DNA of 64,000 nucleotides from Melittangium boletus DSM 14713 (GTDB lineage Bacteria; Myxococcota; Myxococcia; Myxococcales; Myxococcaceae): NCBI RefSeq assembly GCF_002305855.1, contig NZ_CP022163.1, positions 6,939,765 to 7,003,764 of the forward strand, read 5' to 3'. Shown piece by piece: positions 1 to 9,095 of this stretch (position 1 is its first letter; each line of letters starts with the position of its first letter). The notes under the pieces were generated by a model. It saw only the letters and a program-made list of their open reading frames with translations, ran no database searches and was not told where the DNA came from. The position numbers and the translations under genes were made by a program.

Positions 1-2232
1 GCGGGGGGGGCCGACAGCGGAGTTGCCCTGGCCCCGGAGGAATTCGAGGGCTTGCTCCAGCACCTCGTCCTTGCCGCTCCGGATGCCCGCGAGCGTGGGC
101 CGCGCGTACACCTGGGGCTTGAGCCCCACGCGCTGCAACTGCCGGCCGTCCGCGTGCCGCACGTCCTCGCCGGAGAAGAGCAGGGCGATGCCGCCGGGCA
201 GCACCAGGTTGGTGACGTCGCCGTTGGCCCCCGCGCTGGGCGTGCCGATGAAGGTGGTGCCGTTGGCGGCCTCGAGGAACAGGCCCGTGAGCTCCGCCTG
301 GCTGATGGTGCGCTCGTCGATGAGCATCACCGTACGGCCGCGGTACAGGGGCACGTTGGCCTGGGGAAGCTCCTCGTGGAACTTGTAGCGGCCGGTGGAC
401 TCGCCCGCCGAGACGACGTTGCGCTCGAACACCGCCCCATAGCGCACCTTGCGCGTGGTCAGGTACGGGGTGAGGGCCCAGAGCGTGCCGTTCGGGTAGC
501 CGCGCATGTCGAGCACCAGGGCGCGGGTGCTCTTCATCTTCTCGAAGAGGGGCGCCACCTCGGCTGGCATCAGGCGCGTCAGGTCCACGTAGCCCACGTT
601 GTCCTGGGACAGGCGCCAGGGGTCGCCCGAGGGCGGAGCTGGCCGCAGGCTCCGGGTGAAGCGCACCTGCTTGAGCTGGCCGTCGGTGTCGCGCACGCCC
701 ACCGTGGCCTGGGAGCCATCGGGGCCCGACAGCGCGCGGGCCCACAGGCGGTAGCGCAGGGCCGCGGCGTGCGAGGCCGTGACGTAGGGCTTGAGCGCCT
801 CCATCCGCTGCGCGAGGGGCTGTCCGTCGAGCGTCTCGAGGACCTGGCCCTTCTTGATGCCCGGGGCCGCCGCGGCGTCTCCCACGCGCACCACCACCGG
901 CTTGCCGTCGAGCTCCATCACCTCGAAGGGCGCGAAGCCTCCCGCGATGCCCCGCTTCTCCAGCTCGGGGTGGCCGTGCAAGGTGACGTGGCCGTCGCGC
1001 AGCAGCGCGCTCATCTCCGCCACCGCCAGCGCGTACTGCGCGGCGTCCTTCGCCTGGGCGAAGCGGGGCAGGAAGGTGCGCAGCGCGCCGTCCCAGTCGC
1101 TGTCCATCAGGTGCTTGTAGGGGTAGAACAGCTCCACGACGTTCCACAGCCGGAAGAGCGCGAGCAGGCGGTATTCGCGGCCCGGGTACGTCATCTCCGG
1201 GTACGCGGCGTCCGCCCGCCAGCGGCCCGGGGGCAGCTCCACCTCGCGCGACTTCACCTTGCGCACGGGCTTGCGCGCCAACTCCAGCGCCTTCTGCAGC
1301 GTCTCGTCCTTGCCCTCCGAGCGGGCGCGCCGGGGCAGCACGGCGTCCGCGCGCAGGGGGACGCCCAGCTCGCTCAGGCGCACCGTGGCCACCAGCCCCG
1401 CGCCCAGCTCCACCCGCGTCTTCTCCGCGCTCGCGCCGTCGTCCAGCCGTCCCTCGGTGATGATCTGCGCCAGGCCCTGGGCCTTCATCGTCAGCACGCG
1501 GGCGTCCACGGGGGACTGGTCATCCAGCAGGAAGATGACGGGGCGTGGCTTGCCCTGGCCCCTCGGGGCGATCACCTCGCCCGACGTGGTGAGCAGCGAG
1601 CTGTTGAAGCGTCCATTCGGAGGCAGGGTGTGCGCGCGGTAGCCCGAGTGGAACACCGTGCGCTCGCCAGGGACCTGGAGGGACTGGGTCAGCAGCAGCG
1701 GCAGCACGTCACCGAGCGCCCGCCACATGACCTCGGGCGCTTGGGCGTCCAGGCCCCGGGCCCGCAGATCCAGGAGGATGGCCTTGGCCTTGGCCAGGTC
1801 CGCGCGAAGCGTCTCGGGCTGGGGCGCGCTCAGGTCCAGCAGCAGCACCTCCTTGGCGGGCCACCGGTCGGACGCTCGCGCCGGGCTCTGAGCCGACGAG
1901 GCCGTGCCTTCCGGTGTCTCGTCGGGGCGGAGCACGCGCGTGGCGGGATCCTTTAGCGCCTCCAGCATCTCCTGCACGGCCTGGGCATAGGCGGCGGCAT
2001 CTCCAGCGGCCTCGACCTGGGGGATGGCGGCCACGAGCGCGGCGTCCCAGTCGATGTCCTTATAGGCCAGCGCGGGGTGCCGGTACTTCACCTGACCCCA
2101 CAGCCGGGCCAGGTGGGCCAGACGTTCCTCGGAGGAAGGCAGTGCGGGAGCGGCGGTGGGCGGCGCCGCCGAGGCCGTCCAGGCCACGAGGCCCAGGGTC
2201 AGGAGGAAACGGGGAAGCAGGGTGCGCGACAT
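1..2232 (-). CDS. S41-family serine peptidase (tail-specific / C-terminal processing protease-like), secreted; gene 3' end lies beyond window start
   Basis: Minus-strand frame is open from the ATG at 2232-2230 to the window edge. It is absent from the ORF track because no stop occurs inside the window. The N-terminus MSRTLLPRFLLTLGLVAWTASAAPP is a signal peptide. Reverse translation of ~230-360 gives ...RTVMLIDERTISQAELTGLFLEAANGTTFIGTPSAG..., matching the S41 catalytic-Ser block (lvD..t.SasE). The overlapping 52..1956 + ORF is a GC-rich antisense artefact. Confidence 0.55.
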   Translation of the reverse strand, partial: MSRTLLPRFLLTLGLVAWTASAAPPTAAPALPSSEERLAHLARLWGQVKYRHPALAYKDIDWDAALVAAIPQVEAAGDAAAYAQAVQEMLEALKDPATRVLRPDETPEGTASSAQSPARASDRWPAKEVLLLDLSAPQPETLRADLAKAKAILLDLRARGLDAQAPEVMWRALGDVLPLLLTQSLQVPGERTVFHSGYRAHTLPPNGRFNSSLLTTSGEVIAPRGQGKPRPVIFLLDDQSPVDARVLTMKAQGLAQIITEGRLDDGASAEKTRVELGAGLVATVRLSELGVPLRADAVLPRRARSEGKDETLQKALELARKPVRKVKSREVELPPGRWRADAAYPEMTYPGREYRLLALFRLWNVVELFYPYKHLMDSDWDGALRTFLPRFAQAKDAAQYALAVAEMSALLRDGHVTLHGHPELEKRGIAGGFAPFEVMELDGKPVVVRVGDAAAAPGIKKGQVLETLDGQPLAQRMEALKPYVTASHAAALRYRLWARALSGPDGSQATVGVRDTDGQLKQVRFTRSLRPAPPSGDPWRLSQDNVGYVDLTRLMPAEVAPLFEKMKSTRALVLDMRGYPNGTLWALTPYLTTRKVRYGAVFERNVVSAGESTGRYKFHEELPQANVPLYRGRTVMLIDERTISQAELTGLFLEAANGTTFIGTPSAGANGDVTNLVLPGGIALLFSGEDVRHADGRQLQRVGLKPQVYARPTLAGIRSGKDEVLEQALEFLRGQGNSAVGPPR

Positions 2233-2589
2233 GGGCCTTCCTGGCGGATGGACATCATCCGGGAAAGGCAGGCTAGCCCAGTCTCCCCTCTTCCCCGAAG
2301 GGCGGAGTGCGTTCCCGTGTGACGTGTCGGGTGGGGGTGGAGGGCGGAGGGTGTGAGCGGCTTCACAGACGGCGCGCCCGGGGCATGGGAAGGTGCGTCT
2401 CAGAACAAGGGAGGGTTGCGCCGGGCGAGGGGGCTTGTCCGGTGGCGGCCACACTCCCGGGAGCTGTCGACCGCATCGCGATCGCGTCTCCCGGTTCCCG
2501 CGGCGCCGGGGGGCACGCGGGATTCTACGGAGCCCACTTCCCAGTGCCGACAGGTGCTGGGAGGTGGGCTTCGCTTTTTCGCGGCGGGT

Positions 2590-3147
2590 TCAGTCCGCGC
2601 TCCAGGTGACGAGGAAGGTGGCCTCACCGCCCTCTTCCCGGGACATCAGCGTCACGCTCAGCTCCTGGGTACCCCCCGTCTTCTCCAGCGCCTCGGTGAG
2701 CAGGCCCCGGAAGAAGCCGGTATTCGGTGCGTGGTTGAACCACAGCTCGTAGCGGCTCGGCCCCACCGGGTGCAGCCGCGTCTCGGTGTAGTTGTTCGCG
2801 CTGCGGAAGTTGCGGCTCATGCGCTCCAGCGATCGGTGCGGCCCGATGACGCGCGTCATGGCGAACACCGCCTTGCCCATCAGCGTCTGCCGGTAGGCGG
2901 CCATGAAGGCCCGGCCCAGCGCGAAGGAGGCCTCCTCCCGAGGCAATTCCGGCCAGAGCTGCCCGGTGATGAACTCGAGCACCCGGGAGTACACGGCCAC
3001 CGGGTAGGCGGGCTCGAGCTGGCGCGGATGGACGCCCAACGCCGCGAGCCCGGCGATGTGCTCGGGGAGCAGGGGCTGGCCGAGCACCCGCAGCAACGAC
3101 TCCATTGTGTAGTCGTAGACGAGCTTCTCCCGGTGCTCGTCGCTCAT
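2590..3147 (-). CDS. DUF2378 / TIGR02265 Myxococcales paralogous-family protein (185 aa)
   Basis: ORF 2590..3147 (-). The protein (...GKAVFAMTRVIGPHRSLERMSRNFRSANNYTETRL...ELWFNHAPNTGFFRGLLTEALEKTGG...) matches the pattern I recall for the ~190-aa Myxococcus DUF2378 family (RVLGPRRALLRMTQNFRSGNNYTE...). Recognition is from memory, not from a search. Confidence 0.5.
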   Translation of the reverse strand: MSDEHREKLVYDYTMESLLRVLGQPLLPEHIAGLAALGVHPRQLEPAYPVAVYSRVLEFITGQLWPELPREEASFALGRAFMAAYRQTLMGKAVFAMTRVIGPHRSLERMSRNFRSANNYTETRLHPVGPSRYELWFNHAPNTGFFRGLLTEALEKTGGTQELSVTLMSREEGGEATFLVTWSAD

Positions 3148-3749
3148 GCGTCATCCCCTTCGTCGTGGGAGGGGCCCAGGCCGCGGCAGGACAGCACGCG
3201 GTCGATCATCAGCTCGTGCAGCGCGTAGAGCGGGCGCGCCACCTCTTCCCCCTCGAGCAGGGCGAGCGCCCCGGCGATGGCCTCCACCGTGGACATGCCG
3301 TAGGGGTGGGGAGGCTGGCGCAGACGCCGCGTGTCGGGCGCGGGCGGCGGCAGGGCGATTCCCGGCAGGCGCAGGAGCCCGGGAATGCGCTGGTACATGC
3401 GCCGGGCCTGGGCCCAGCTTCCATCGAGGATGACCAGGCGCTCGGGGGGCGGTGCATCCGGGGCCGGGGCGGGGGCCTCGGGGAAGACGATCCACGTGTT
3501 CGGCTCGGCGAGCACCGACGGCTCGAAGGCCACGCCCGGAGCGCCATAGGGCACGATGCGGCAGCGCTTGAGCGCCAGCCCCGCGATCCGCGCCGTGTTG
3601 GTGGATTTGTGGGTTTCCTTATGGTGGCGGATGACGAGCACGTCGGTGCGCGTGTCCACCCGGGGCGCCTCGGCGCACAGGCACAACGCGAGGGGCAGGT
3701 AGCAGCCCCGGCAGCGGCCGGCGAGGTCCGCCGGGGTACTGGATCTCAT
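3144..3749 (-). CDS. DTW-domain protein (tRNA-uridine aminocarboxypropyltransferase-like)
   Basis: ORF 3144..3893 (-); the likely start is the internal ATG at 3749 (MRSSTPADLAGRCRGCYLPLALCLC...). It contains a Cys cluster followed by ...LVILDGSWAQARRMYQRIPGL..., the D-G-S/T-W signature of DTW proteins. Its start overlaps the stop of the upstream gene by 4 nt. Confidence 0.6.
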   Translation of the reverse strand: MRSSTPADLAGRCRGCYLPLALCLCAEAPRVDTRTDVLVIRHHKETHKSTNTARIAGLALKRCRIVPYGAPGVAFEPSVLAEPNTWIVFPEAPAPAPDAPPPERLVILDGSWAQARRMYQRIPGLLRLPGIALPPPAPDTRRLRQPPHPYGMSTVEAIAGALALLEGEEVARPLYALHELMIDRVLSCRGLGPSHDEGDDA

Positions 3750-4291
3750 CGGCGCTGACGATAGCGCTGCATGAACTCGCGCGCCTCGCGCAGCTTCGTC
3801 TCCACGAAGCGATCCTCCGCGTCCATCTCCTCGTCCGTGTCCAGGGCGAGCTGGAAGAGCGCCGAGAGGTGGGCGGGGTTGATGTCCAGCCACTCCGCCG
3901 TGCGGTCCAACACATTGCGGCGCTGGCCGGAGAACGTCTCGGGGTTCTCCTCGGGCATGCAGCGGCAGACGCGCGCGGTGTCGCTCGCCACGTCCACGTA
4001 GAGCCCGAGCACCTCGGTGTCCAGCTCGGTGGAGATGGCCGCCGCGGCCTCGGTGACGTGGGCGGCGAGCGCGTGCGCGGCGGAGCGCTCGGTCATGGAG
4101 CGCACCAGGTAGACGCGCCAGCCCGCCTCGCCGAGCGTTCCGGCCGCCTCGAGCGGAGCGAGCTCGGCGGGCGGAGCGGAGATGCGCGTGAGCACGCGGC
4201 GCACGGGTGCCTCGATGTGCTCGAGCTGGGCGCTCGAGGTCGGGCAGAAGAAGACGACGCGGTACTCACGGCTGTCGACGGAGGGTTCCAT
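3746..4291 (-). CDS. hypothetical protein (181 aa), co-transcribed with DTW gene
   Basis: The C-terminal 181 codons of the 3746..5296 (-) six-frame ORF have normal composition (MEPSVDSREYRVVFFCPTSSAQLEHIE...MQRYRQRR), starting at the ATG at 4291. The upstream 335 codons of that ORF are GC-rich read-through overlapping the EamA gene and are rejected. Confidence 0.45.
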   Translation of the reverse strand: MEPSVDSREYRVVFFCPTSSAQLEHIEAPVRRVLTRISAPPAELAPLEAAGTLGEAGWRVYLVRSMTERSAAHALAAHVTEAAAAISTELDTEVLGLYVDVASDTARVCRCMPEENPETFSGQRRNVLDRTAEWLDINPAHLSALFQLALDTDEEMDAEDRFVETKLREAREFMQRYRQRR

Positions 4292-4401
4292 ACGGGTACT
4301 GCGTTTCCGTGGCGCGAACACGAGGGGTGGAAAGGAAAAGAGGACCATTCCCCCGGCCCCGAGCGCAAGCGGGGATTTGAGGGAAGGCGTCCATTTGTGG
4401 C

Positions 4402-5271
4402 TCAACCCCGTTCCACGGCCAGGGGAGGGGGGCCCTGGGGCGCGCGGGACTCGCTGGCCACCCAGACCCCGGCCGCGAGGACGATGGCCCCTCCGAGCAG
4501 GCCCGCCACGCCCAGCCGCTCGCCGAAGGCGATCCACCCCAGCACCGCGGCGGTCAGGGGCTCCAGGTAGGTGAGGGCGGAGGCGGAGGCGGCCGGCACC
4601 CGGCGCAGTCCAACGGTGAACACCGAGTTCCCCACGAGACCACACAGCAGGGCGCCCCCACCCACCCACAGCACGCGCGAGTCGAGCGCGGGGGGCAGCG
4701 CGTCCTGTCCGAACACCAACATCAGTGCCACGGCGGACAGGGGGGCATGCAGGGCGCTGATGGCCAGGGGCGAGAAAGCGCGCCCCGCTTCCTTGATGGC
4801 GAGCACGTTGGCCATGAAGAAGAGGGCGCTGCCTCCTCCGAGCAGGGCAGTCTGGGGACTGGCGAAACCGCCCTGGTGCACGCCCAGCAGCAGCGCGAGC
4901 CCGGCGAGTGTCAGGGGCGCCCCCATCAGGGCCCGGGCCGAGCGGCGCTCGCCAATCAAAACGGGGGCCGCGAGCGCGATGAACAGCGGGGCCAGGTAGT
5001 GGGTGAGGACTGCGACGGCGACGGGCCCGCGCTGGATGGCGGCGAAGAAGAGGGCGGCGTTGGCGGCGTCGCACACGGCCAGGACGGCGAGCGCGATCGT
5101 GGCGCGCCGGTCGCGGAAGGCCTCGCGGCGCAGCACGAAGGGCGCGGGCAGGGCCATGAAGAGCATGGAGAGCAGGGCGCTCTGCGGGCCGCTGAGGCCG
5201 GCGGGACGCAGGAAGAGGGACCAGCACCCCCAGAGCGCGGCTCCCGCCGCGACCATGAAAAAGGACTTCAC
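4402..5271 (-). CDS. EamA/DMT-superfamily transporter (10-TM permease)
   Basis: 289-aa polytopic membrane protein with duplicated EamA-like halves, strongly hydrophobic and Gly/Ala/Leu-rich. Confidence 0.65.
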   Translation of the reverse strand: MKSFFMVAAGAALWGCWSLFLRPAGLSGPQSALLSMLFMALPAPFVLRREAFRDRRATIALAVLAVCDAANAALFFAAIQRGPVAVAVLTHYLAPLFIALAAPVLIGERRSARALMGAPLTLAGLALLLGVHQGGFASPQTALLGGGSALFFMANVLAIKEAGRAFSPLAISALHAPLSAVALMLVFGQDALPPALDSRVLWVGGGALLCGLVGNSVFTVGLRRVPAASASALTYLEPLTAAVLGWIAFGERLGVAGLLGGAIVLAAGVWVASESRAPQGPPPLAVERG

Positions 5272-5412
5272 GTGGACTCCTGACGCGGCCCGTCATGACG
5301 CGGTCCGGGCGCGGCGCCGGGGCAGCCTAACCGAGTGCCCGTGGGAATGCGGGAGCGTGTGTGGGGAGCCGCCTGCCCTCCAGTCGTCCGGGAGTTGCGC
5401 TACCCCTCCCAT

Positions 5413-5478
5413 GCGACTCCTCTCTTGTGACTCCTTGCTTCTCAAGGGGGGGGAGGGCCCGCCAGCTCTCCCGCTAGT
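5413..5478 (-). mobile_element. ~65-bp fragment of an ISAs1-family element (5' transposase region)
   Basis: cttgcttctcaaggggggggagggcccgccagctctcccgc is homologous to the 5' coding regions of the two ISAs1 copies at 14640-14690 and 19630-19680 (ggagggcccgccagctctccc core is identical). Confidence 0.4.
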
Positions 5479-5480
5479 GA

Positions 5481-5930
5481 ATGATGCGCCCACTGCCAGA
5501 TGGCACCACGCACCTGCGTTTCACCGAGCTGGAGCTTTTACGGCGTGTAGCGTCCCTGGTTGCTCCACCTCAAGCAAACCTCACGAGATTCCACGGCGCC
5601 TTCGCTCCGGGCGCGCAACTCCAGCCATTTTCGCTCCCCCAAGCGGGGGGTCGCGCCGAAGCTGCAAGGGGCGGGCCCCGAGCCTGAGGCAGCGGCGAAG
5701 GCGGAAGAGAAGAAGGATCGGACGCCGCGAGTGGATGAGGCAGGGCTGCTGCGCAGGCGGTTCGCGCTGGACGTGTTCGCCTGTGTCCGGTGTGGAGGCA
5801 GGTGTTGGGTGCTGGAGTACCTGACGGCACCCGGTGGGGTGCGCGCCATTGTGGAGCACCTGGAGCCTACCCACGCGGCCTGCGAAGCTCGCCCCTGTGC
5901 AGGGGCTGCACGGAGGGCGTGGTGTTGAGA
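5481..5930 (+). pseudogene. IS91-family transposase, C-terminal remnant split over two frames
   Basis: ORFs 5481..5687 and 5560..5928 give ...THLRFTELELLRRVASLVAPPQANLTRFHGAFAPGAQL... and ...RRFALDVFACVRCGGRCWVLEYLTAPGGVRAIVEHL... These match the conserved C-terminal blocks of IS91/IS801 Y2 transposases (THLRFTPLELLERL..PR.HL.RYHGVLAPN; C..CGG.m.vla.i). No N-terminal catalytic part is present. Confidence 0.5.
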
Positions 5931-6119
5931 GCCAAGCCGCAATGGCCCACATGCCTAAGCCCCCTGCCTCGCCCGAGAGAGAAGCGCGGTGAGCGGGCGT
6001 GTGCCCGAAGAGGGATGCACGGCCGTCCACCGGCCTAGCGCACAGCTCGGCGGCACCCGTCCGCGGCTCTCCTGGGCCCCTCTGCTCCAGCCCTCACCCT
6101 CGCTACGGGCCTCCCATTC

Positions 6120-6755
6120 GTCCTATGCGTCAAGACGGCGCGGCTCTACACGGACCTGGGCCTGTTCACCACAGACCCGGACATCGGTGTGGACGTGGCG
6201 GACCTGCTCAACTTCCTCACCGGCATCGCGCGGCCCAAGTCCTTCCGCAAGCTCCTGGTGGCGCCCATCAACATTCGCGAGGGCCTGCATGAGGAGAGCC
6301 GCCGCACCATCGCCGCGCACTCGGCGGACAATCCCTCGCGCATCCAGCTCAAGATGAACGCGCTGGTGGATCCGGTGCTCATCCGCGCGCTCTACGACGC
6401 CTCTCGCGCGGGCGTGAAGGTGGAACTCAACATCTGGGGCATCTGCTGCCTGCGGCCGCAGGTGCTGCGCGTCGGAGATCATCCGGGTCGTCTCCTCGCT
6501 GGGCCGCTTCCTGGAGCACTCGCGCGTCTACCTCATCGAACGCGGTGGCGAGACGTGCTGCTAATCGGCTCGGCGGACCTCATGCCGCGCAACCTCGACC
6601 ACCGCGTGGAGGCGCTTACGCCCGTGGAGGATCCGCCGCTTATCGCCCAGGTGGGCGACAACTGCGAGCGCTGCCTGGCGGAGAACACCCACGCATGGAC
6701 GCTCAACGCGGAGGGCGAGTGGTTGCGCCGTTCCCGCGAGGGCGACAAGCGCTGA
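6120..6755 (+). pseudogene. ppk: polyphosphate kinase 1 (PPK1), 3' fragment with internal frameshift
   Basis: The frame from ~6126 reads KTARLYTDLGLFTTDPDIGVDVADLLNFLTGIARPKSFRKLLVAPINIREGL...KMNALVDPVLIRALYDASRAGVKVELNIWGICCLRP..., which is the PPK1 C-terminal PLD-like domains. Near 6480-6530 the conserved SE.IRVVSSLGRFLEHSRVYLIERGGE block lies in a different frame from the downstream ...LLIGSADLMPRNLDHRVEALTPVEDPPL... The N-terminal ~450 aa are missing (replaced by IS91/ISAs1 debris). Confidence 0.7.
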
Positions 6756-7153
6756 GCCCAGACGGAGCTCATGGACCGTGCGGTGCGCATGTCCCAGGCC
6801 TCCACCGGCCGGCCGCTTTGCGCCACCAATGTAGAAGGGAAACGCCGACTGCCTCTAACAAGGCGCATAAGATATGCTTCATGTGGACGCATTCGACCAA
6901 TAGTTCAGGCCACCGCGAAGCTTGGTGCGATGGTGTCTGGCCCCATGCAGCCGACTGACCCGGCTGACGGTGTCGGGGCATTGCCCTGGGATGGTACTGC
7001 GCGCGTACGTGAAGCCGTCGTTATGAAAGATTCAAATAAGCACTTGCCGCATTACTTCTCAGGTGGCTTGTTCTTCGCTTGGCCCCCTGATAAACATGAC
7101 TTTGGAGGTCATGTAAACTGGACTTGGCTGTAGGTTACGCTGGCAGACCAAAA

Positions 7154-7159
7154 GGGAGG
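7154..7159 (+). promoter_or_regulatory. Shine-Dalgarno (GGGAGG) for first gene of island operon
   Basis: aaaGGGAGGacacATG, 4 nt upstream of the ATG at 7164. Confidence 0.4.
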
Positions 7160-7163
7160 ACAC

Positions 7164-7985
7164 ATGCCCGGTCGGCCAGATTGGCTCGTAGCTTTAATCA
7201 ATACCGAGGTTGATATTCGTATTAGAAATGATGCTCGAACGATGGCAGCACCGAATACATTTCTTGGCTATCCGAAAGACCGGATATTCCAAGAGGTGCT
7301 TGGTGGGGGACAAGCAGATTTCGATGCACCCATAGGCAAACTCACAGGAGAAGACCGCGCTTTGCTCTATGCAAAGTACAACCAATCACGGCATTTAGAT
7401 GAACTAGGTGAAGCATTCGATCAGCTTTTCTCTATTACGAGCCGTGCAGGGCAGCCCACACTAATAGACTTAGGTTGTGGTCCATTCACCGCAGGCCTAG
7501 CACTTGCTGCAACTCTCAATAAAGCGCGCGCGTTTCGTTATCATGGGTTCGACCGCGCAGATTCAATGCGCGGACTCGGCGCACGATTCGCTGAAACTGC
7601 AAAACGACTTGGCGCATTCCACCCAAATGCGACATGGTCGTTTGGACAAAACCTCGACATACATGATTTTGGTAGGATTCGCGGAGATCTAACCCTTGTG
7701 GTTGCCTCATATCTACTCGCAAGCCCCACAGTGGATGTGGAATCTCTGGTAGGCTCAGTAGTCAACGCAGTTAATCGTATAGGACCTGGACCAGCAGCTG
7801 TTCTCTACACGAACAGCGCCAAACCGGGTCCCAATAAGAAGTATCCTAGTTTTAGCAAGGCACTTCGCGAAAGCGGTTTTGAGCTCAAGCGCGACCACGT
7901 TGAACTCTTCCAAAAGACTAAAAATCCCGCCGATTTGCGATACGCCCTTTTTTTTCGACCGGCAACCACTGTACTTAAGTTCTAA
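7164..7985 (+). CDS. class-I SAM-dependent methyltransferase-like protein (273 aa), first gene of low-GC island operon
   Basis: SAM motif I ...QPTLIDLGCGPFTAGLALA... A downstream acidic residue (YHGFDRAD) and a hydrophobic beta-4 block GDLTLVVASYLLASP resemble small-molecule/RNA MTases (fDlVvss.vl). There is no DPPY/NPPF DNA-amino-MTase motif. GC ~48%. Confidence 0.45.
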   Translation: MPGRPDWLVALINTEVDIRIRNDARTMAAPNTFLGYPKDRIFQEVLGGGQADFDAPIGKLTGEDRALLYAKYNQSRHLDELGEAFDQLFSITSRAGQPTLIDLGCGPFTAGLALAATLNKARAFRYHGFDRADSMRGLGARFAETAKRLGAFHPNATWSFGQNLDIHDFGRIRGDLTLVVASYLLASPTVDVESLVGSVVNAVNRIGPGPAAVLYTNSAKPGPNKKYPSFSKALRESGFELKRDHVELFQKTKNPADLRYALFFRPATTVLKF

Positions 7986-7997
7986 GAGTAAAATTCA

Positions 7998-9095
7998 ATG
8001 AAACTACCGGCAGTGGACGATTTGATTGGGAAGCAATGGACCGTCTATGATTCCGCACCCGACAAGCCGTTGTTTGTCGCAGGCCCGCCTGGCTCAGGTA
8101 AAACAAGTCTTGCAGTACTTCGGGCGCAGTTTTTGTCTGGTCCCGAATTCAATCAAACGGTCGTACTCGTCACTAAAAATCGGATGCTTGCGGCGTTAGC
8201 AAAGGAACTCGGGAGTGCCCAATTCGACACTGTCACCATGAATAGCCTTGTTGCTGGCGACTACAGAAGGCGATTTAACGAGAATGTGCCAGGGTTCAGC
8301 TCATTTTTATATGAGTGGGAAGCCATACTGGACGACTACGCCAGCCTAAATGTCGAACCGCTGTTTGACCATATGGTGATTGACGAAGGCCAAAACCTGC
8401 CAATAGGTTTTTACTCCTGGGCGAGCAAATATGGAGCTAGGGTGTTGACTGTTTTTGCTGACGAGGATCAAGCCACGCATCCCGAGCGGTCGTCTTTGAG
8501 CGACATTGCCAACGCGACGGGCCTATCCGATCCGGTCAGACTTACCGACAATCACCGAAACACACCCGAAATCGCAGCCGTTGCAGAGCATTTTCACGTG
8601 TCTCAAATCCTCCCTCCCGCAGTAGTGCAGCGGCCAGCGGGTGGTGAAACGCCTAGATTAATCAGGATAAATTCGATTGACGATTTACCCAAGCGCGTTG
8701 CGACGCGTTACGCCAATCGAGGCGAGTCAATCGGAGTAATTGTATTTCGGAAACAGGATGCACACCAGATGCATTCGCGCCTAAATAAGCTATTGCCAAC
8801 TGAGCGCGTAGACGTATATACAAGCGAAGCTAACAAGGGCGTTGAAAGTTCAATACGTCTGTTGGAACAAGGTGTAACCATTCTTACTGGTGAAGCTGTT
8901 ATCGGTCTTGAGTTTGGTGTTGTTTATCTTCTTGACCTGCGTAGATCGCTTCCTTGCCGGAGTACTGGCGACCAACGTAGACTGTACATGCTCTGCGCAC
9001 GCGCACGCGATGCACTTTTTTTGATAGACTATCCAGCATACCTAGGCCATGAGCAGCTCGCGGCACTACCTTCTCCCCCGGTGTTGATTCGCTAA
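7998..9095 (+). CDS. compact SF1 (UvrD/PcrA-like) helicase/ATPase, 365 aa
   Basis: Walker A FVAGPPGSGKTSLAV (motif I); motif II HMVIDEGQNLP; motif IV-like TDNHRNTPEIAAV (cf. UvrD qNYRS...I); motif VI-like VIGLEFGVVYLLD...RLYMLCARARDALFL (cf. kGLEf..V...r.lYVa.TRA). The stop TAA overlaps the ATG of the next gene (TAATG at 9093-9097). Confidence 0.6.
   Translation: MKLPAVDDLIGKQWTVYDSAPDKPLFVAGPPGSGKTSLAVLRAQFLSGPEFNQTVVLVTKNRMLAALAKELGSAQFDTVTMNSLVAGDYRRRFNENVPGFSSFLYEWEAILDDYASLNVEPLFDHMVIDEGQNLPIGFYSWASKYGARVLTVFADEDQATHPERSSLSDIANATGLSDPVRLTDNHRNTPEIAAVAEHFHVSQILPPAVVQRPAGGETPRLIRINSIDDLPKRVATRYANRGESIGVIVFRKQDAHQMHSRLNKLLPTERVDVYTSEANKGVESSIRLLEQGVTILTGEAVIGLEFGVVYLLDLRRSLPCRSTGDQRRLYMLCARARDALFLIDYPAYLGHEQLAALPSPPVLIR

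Noticed and set aside
52-1956. 634-aa plus-strand ORF (MLQHLVLAAPDARERGPRVHLGLEPHALQ...)
   Set aside because: Arg/Ala/Gly/His-rich low-complexity translation typical of the antisense frame of a high-GC gene. The real gene is on the minus strand (S41 peptidase) with a signal peptide and catalytic motif.
3746-5296. 516-aa minus-strand ORF taken as one gene
   Set aside because: Only the last 181 codons (from the ATG at 4291) look protein-like. The upstream part is GC-rich read-through overlapping the EamA transporter gene on the same strand in another frame.
7040-7163. Sigma-70-type promoter upstream of the island operon
   Set aside because: AT-rich and contains TTGxxx / TAAACT-like hexamers, but none with convincing 16-18-bp spacing. 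Only the RBS is reported.
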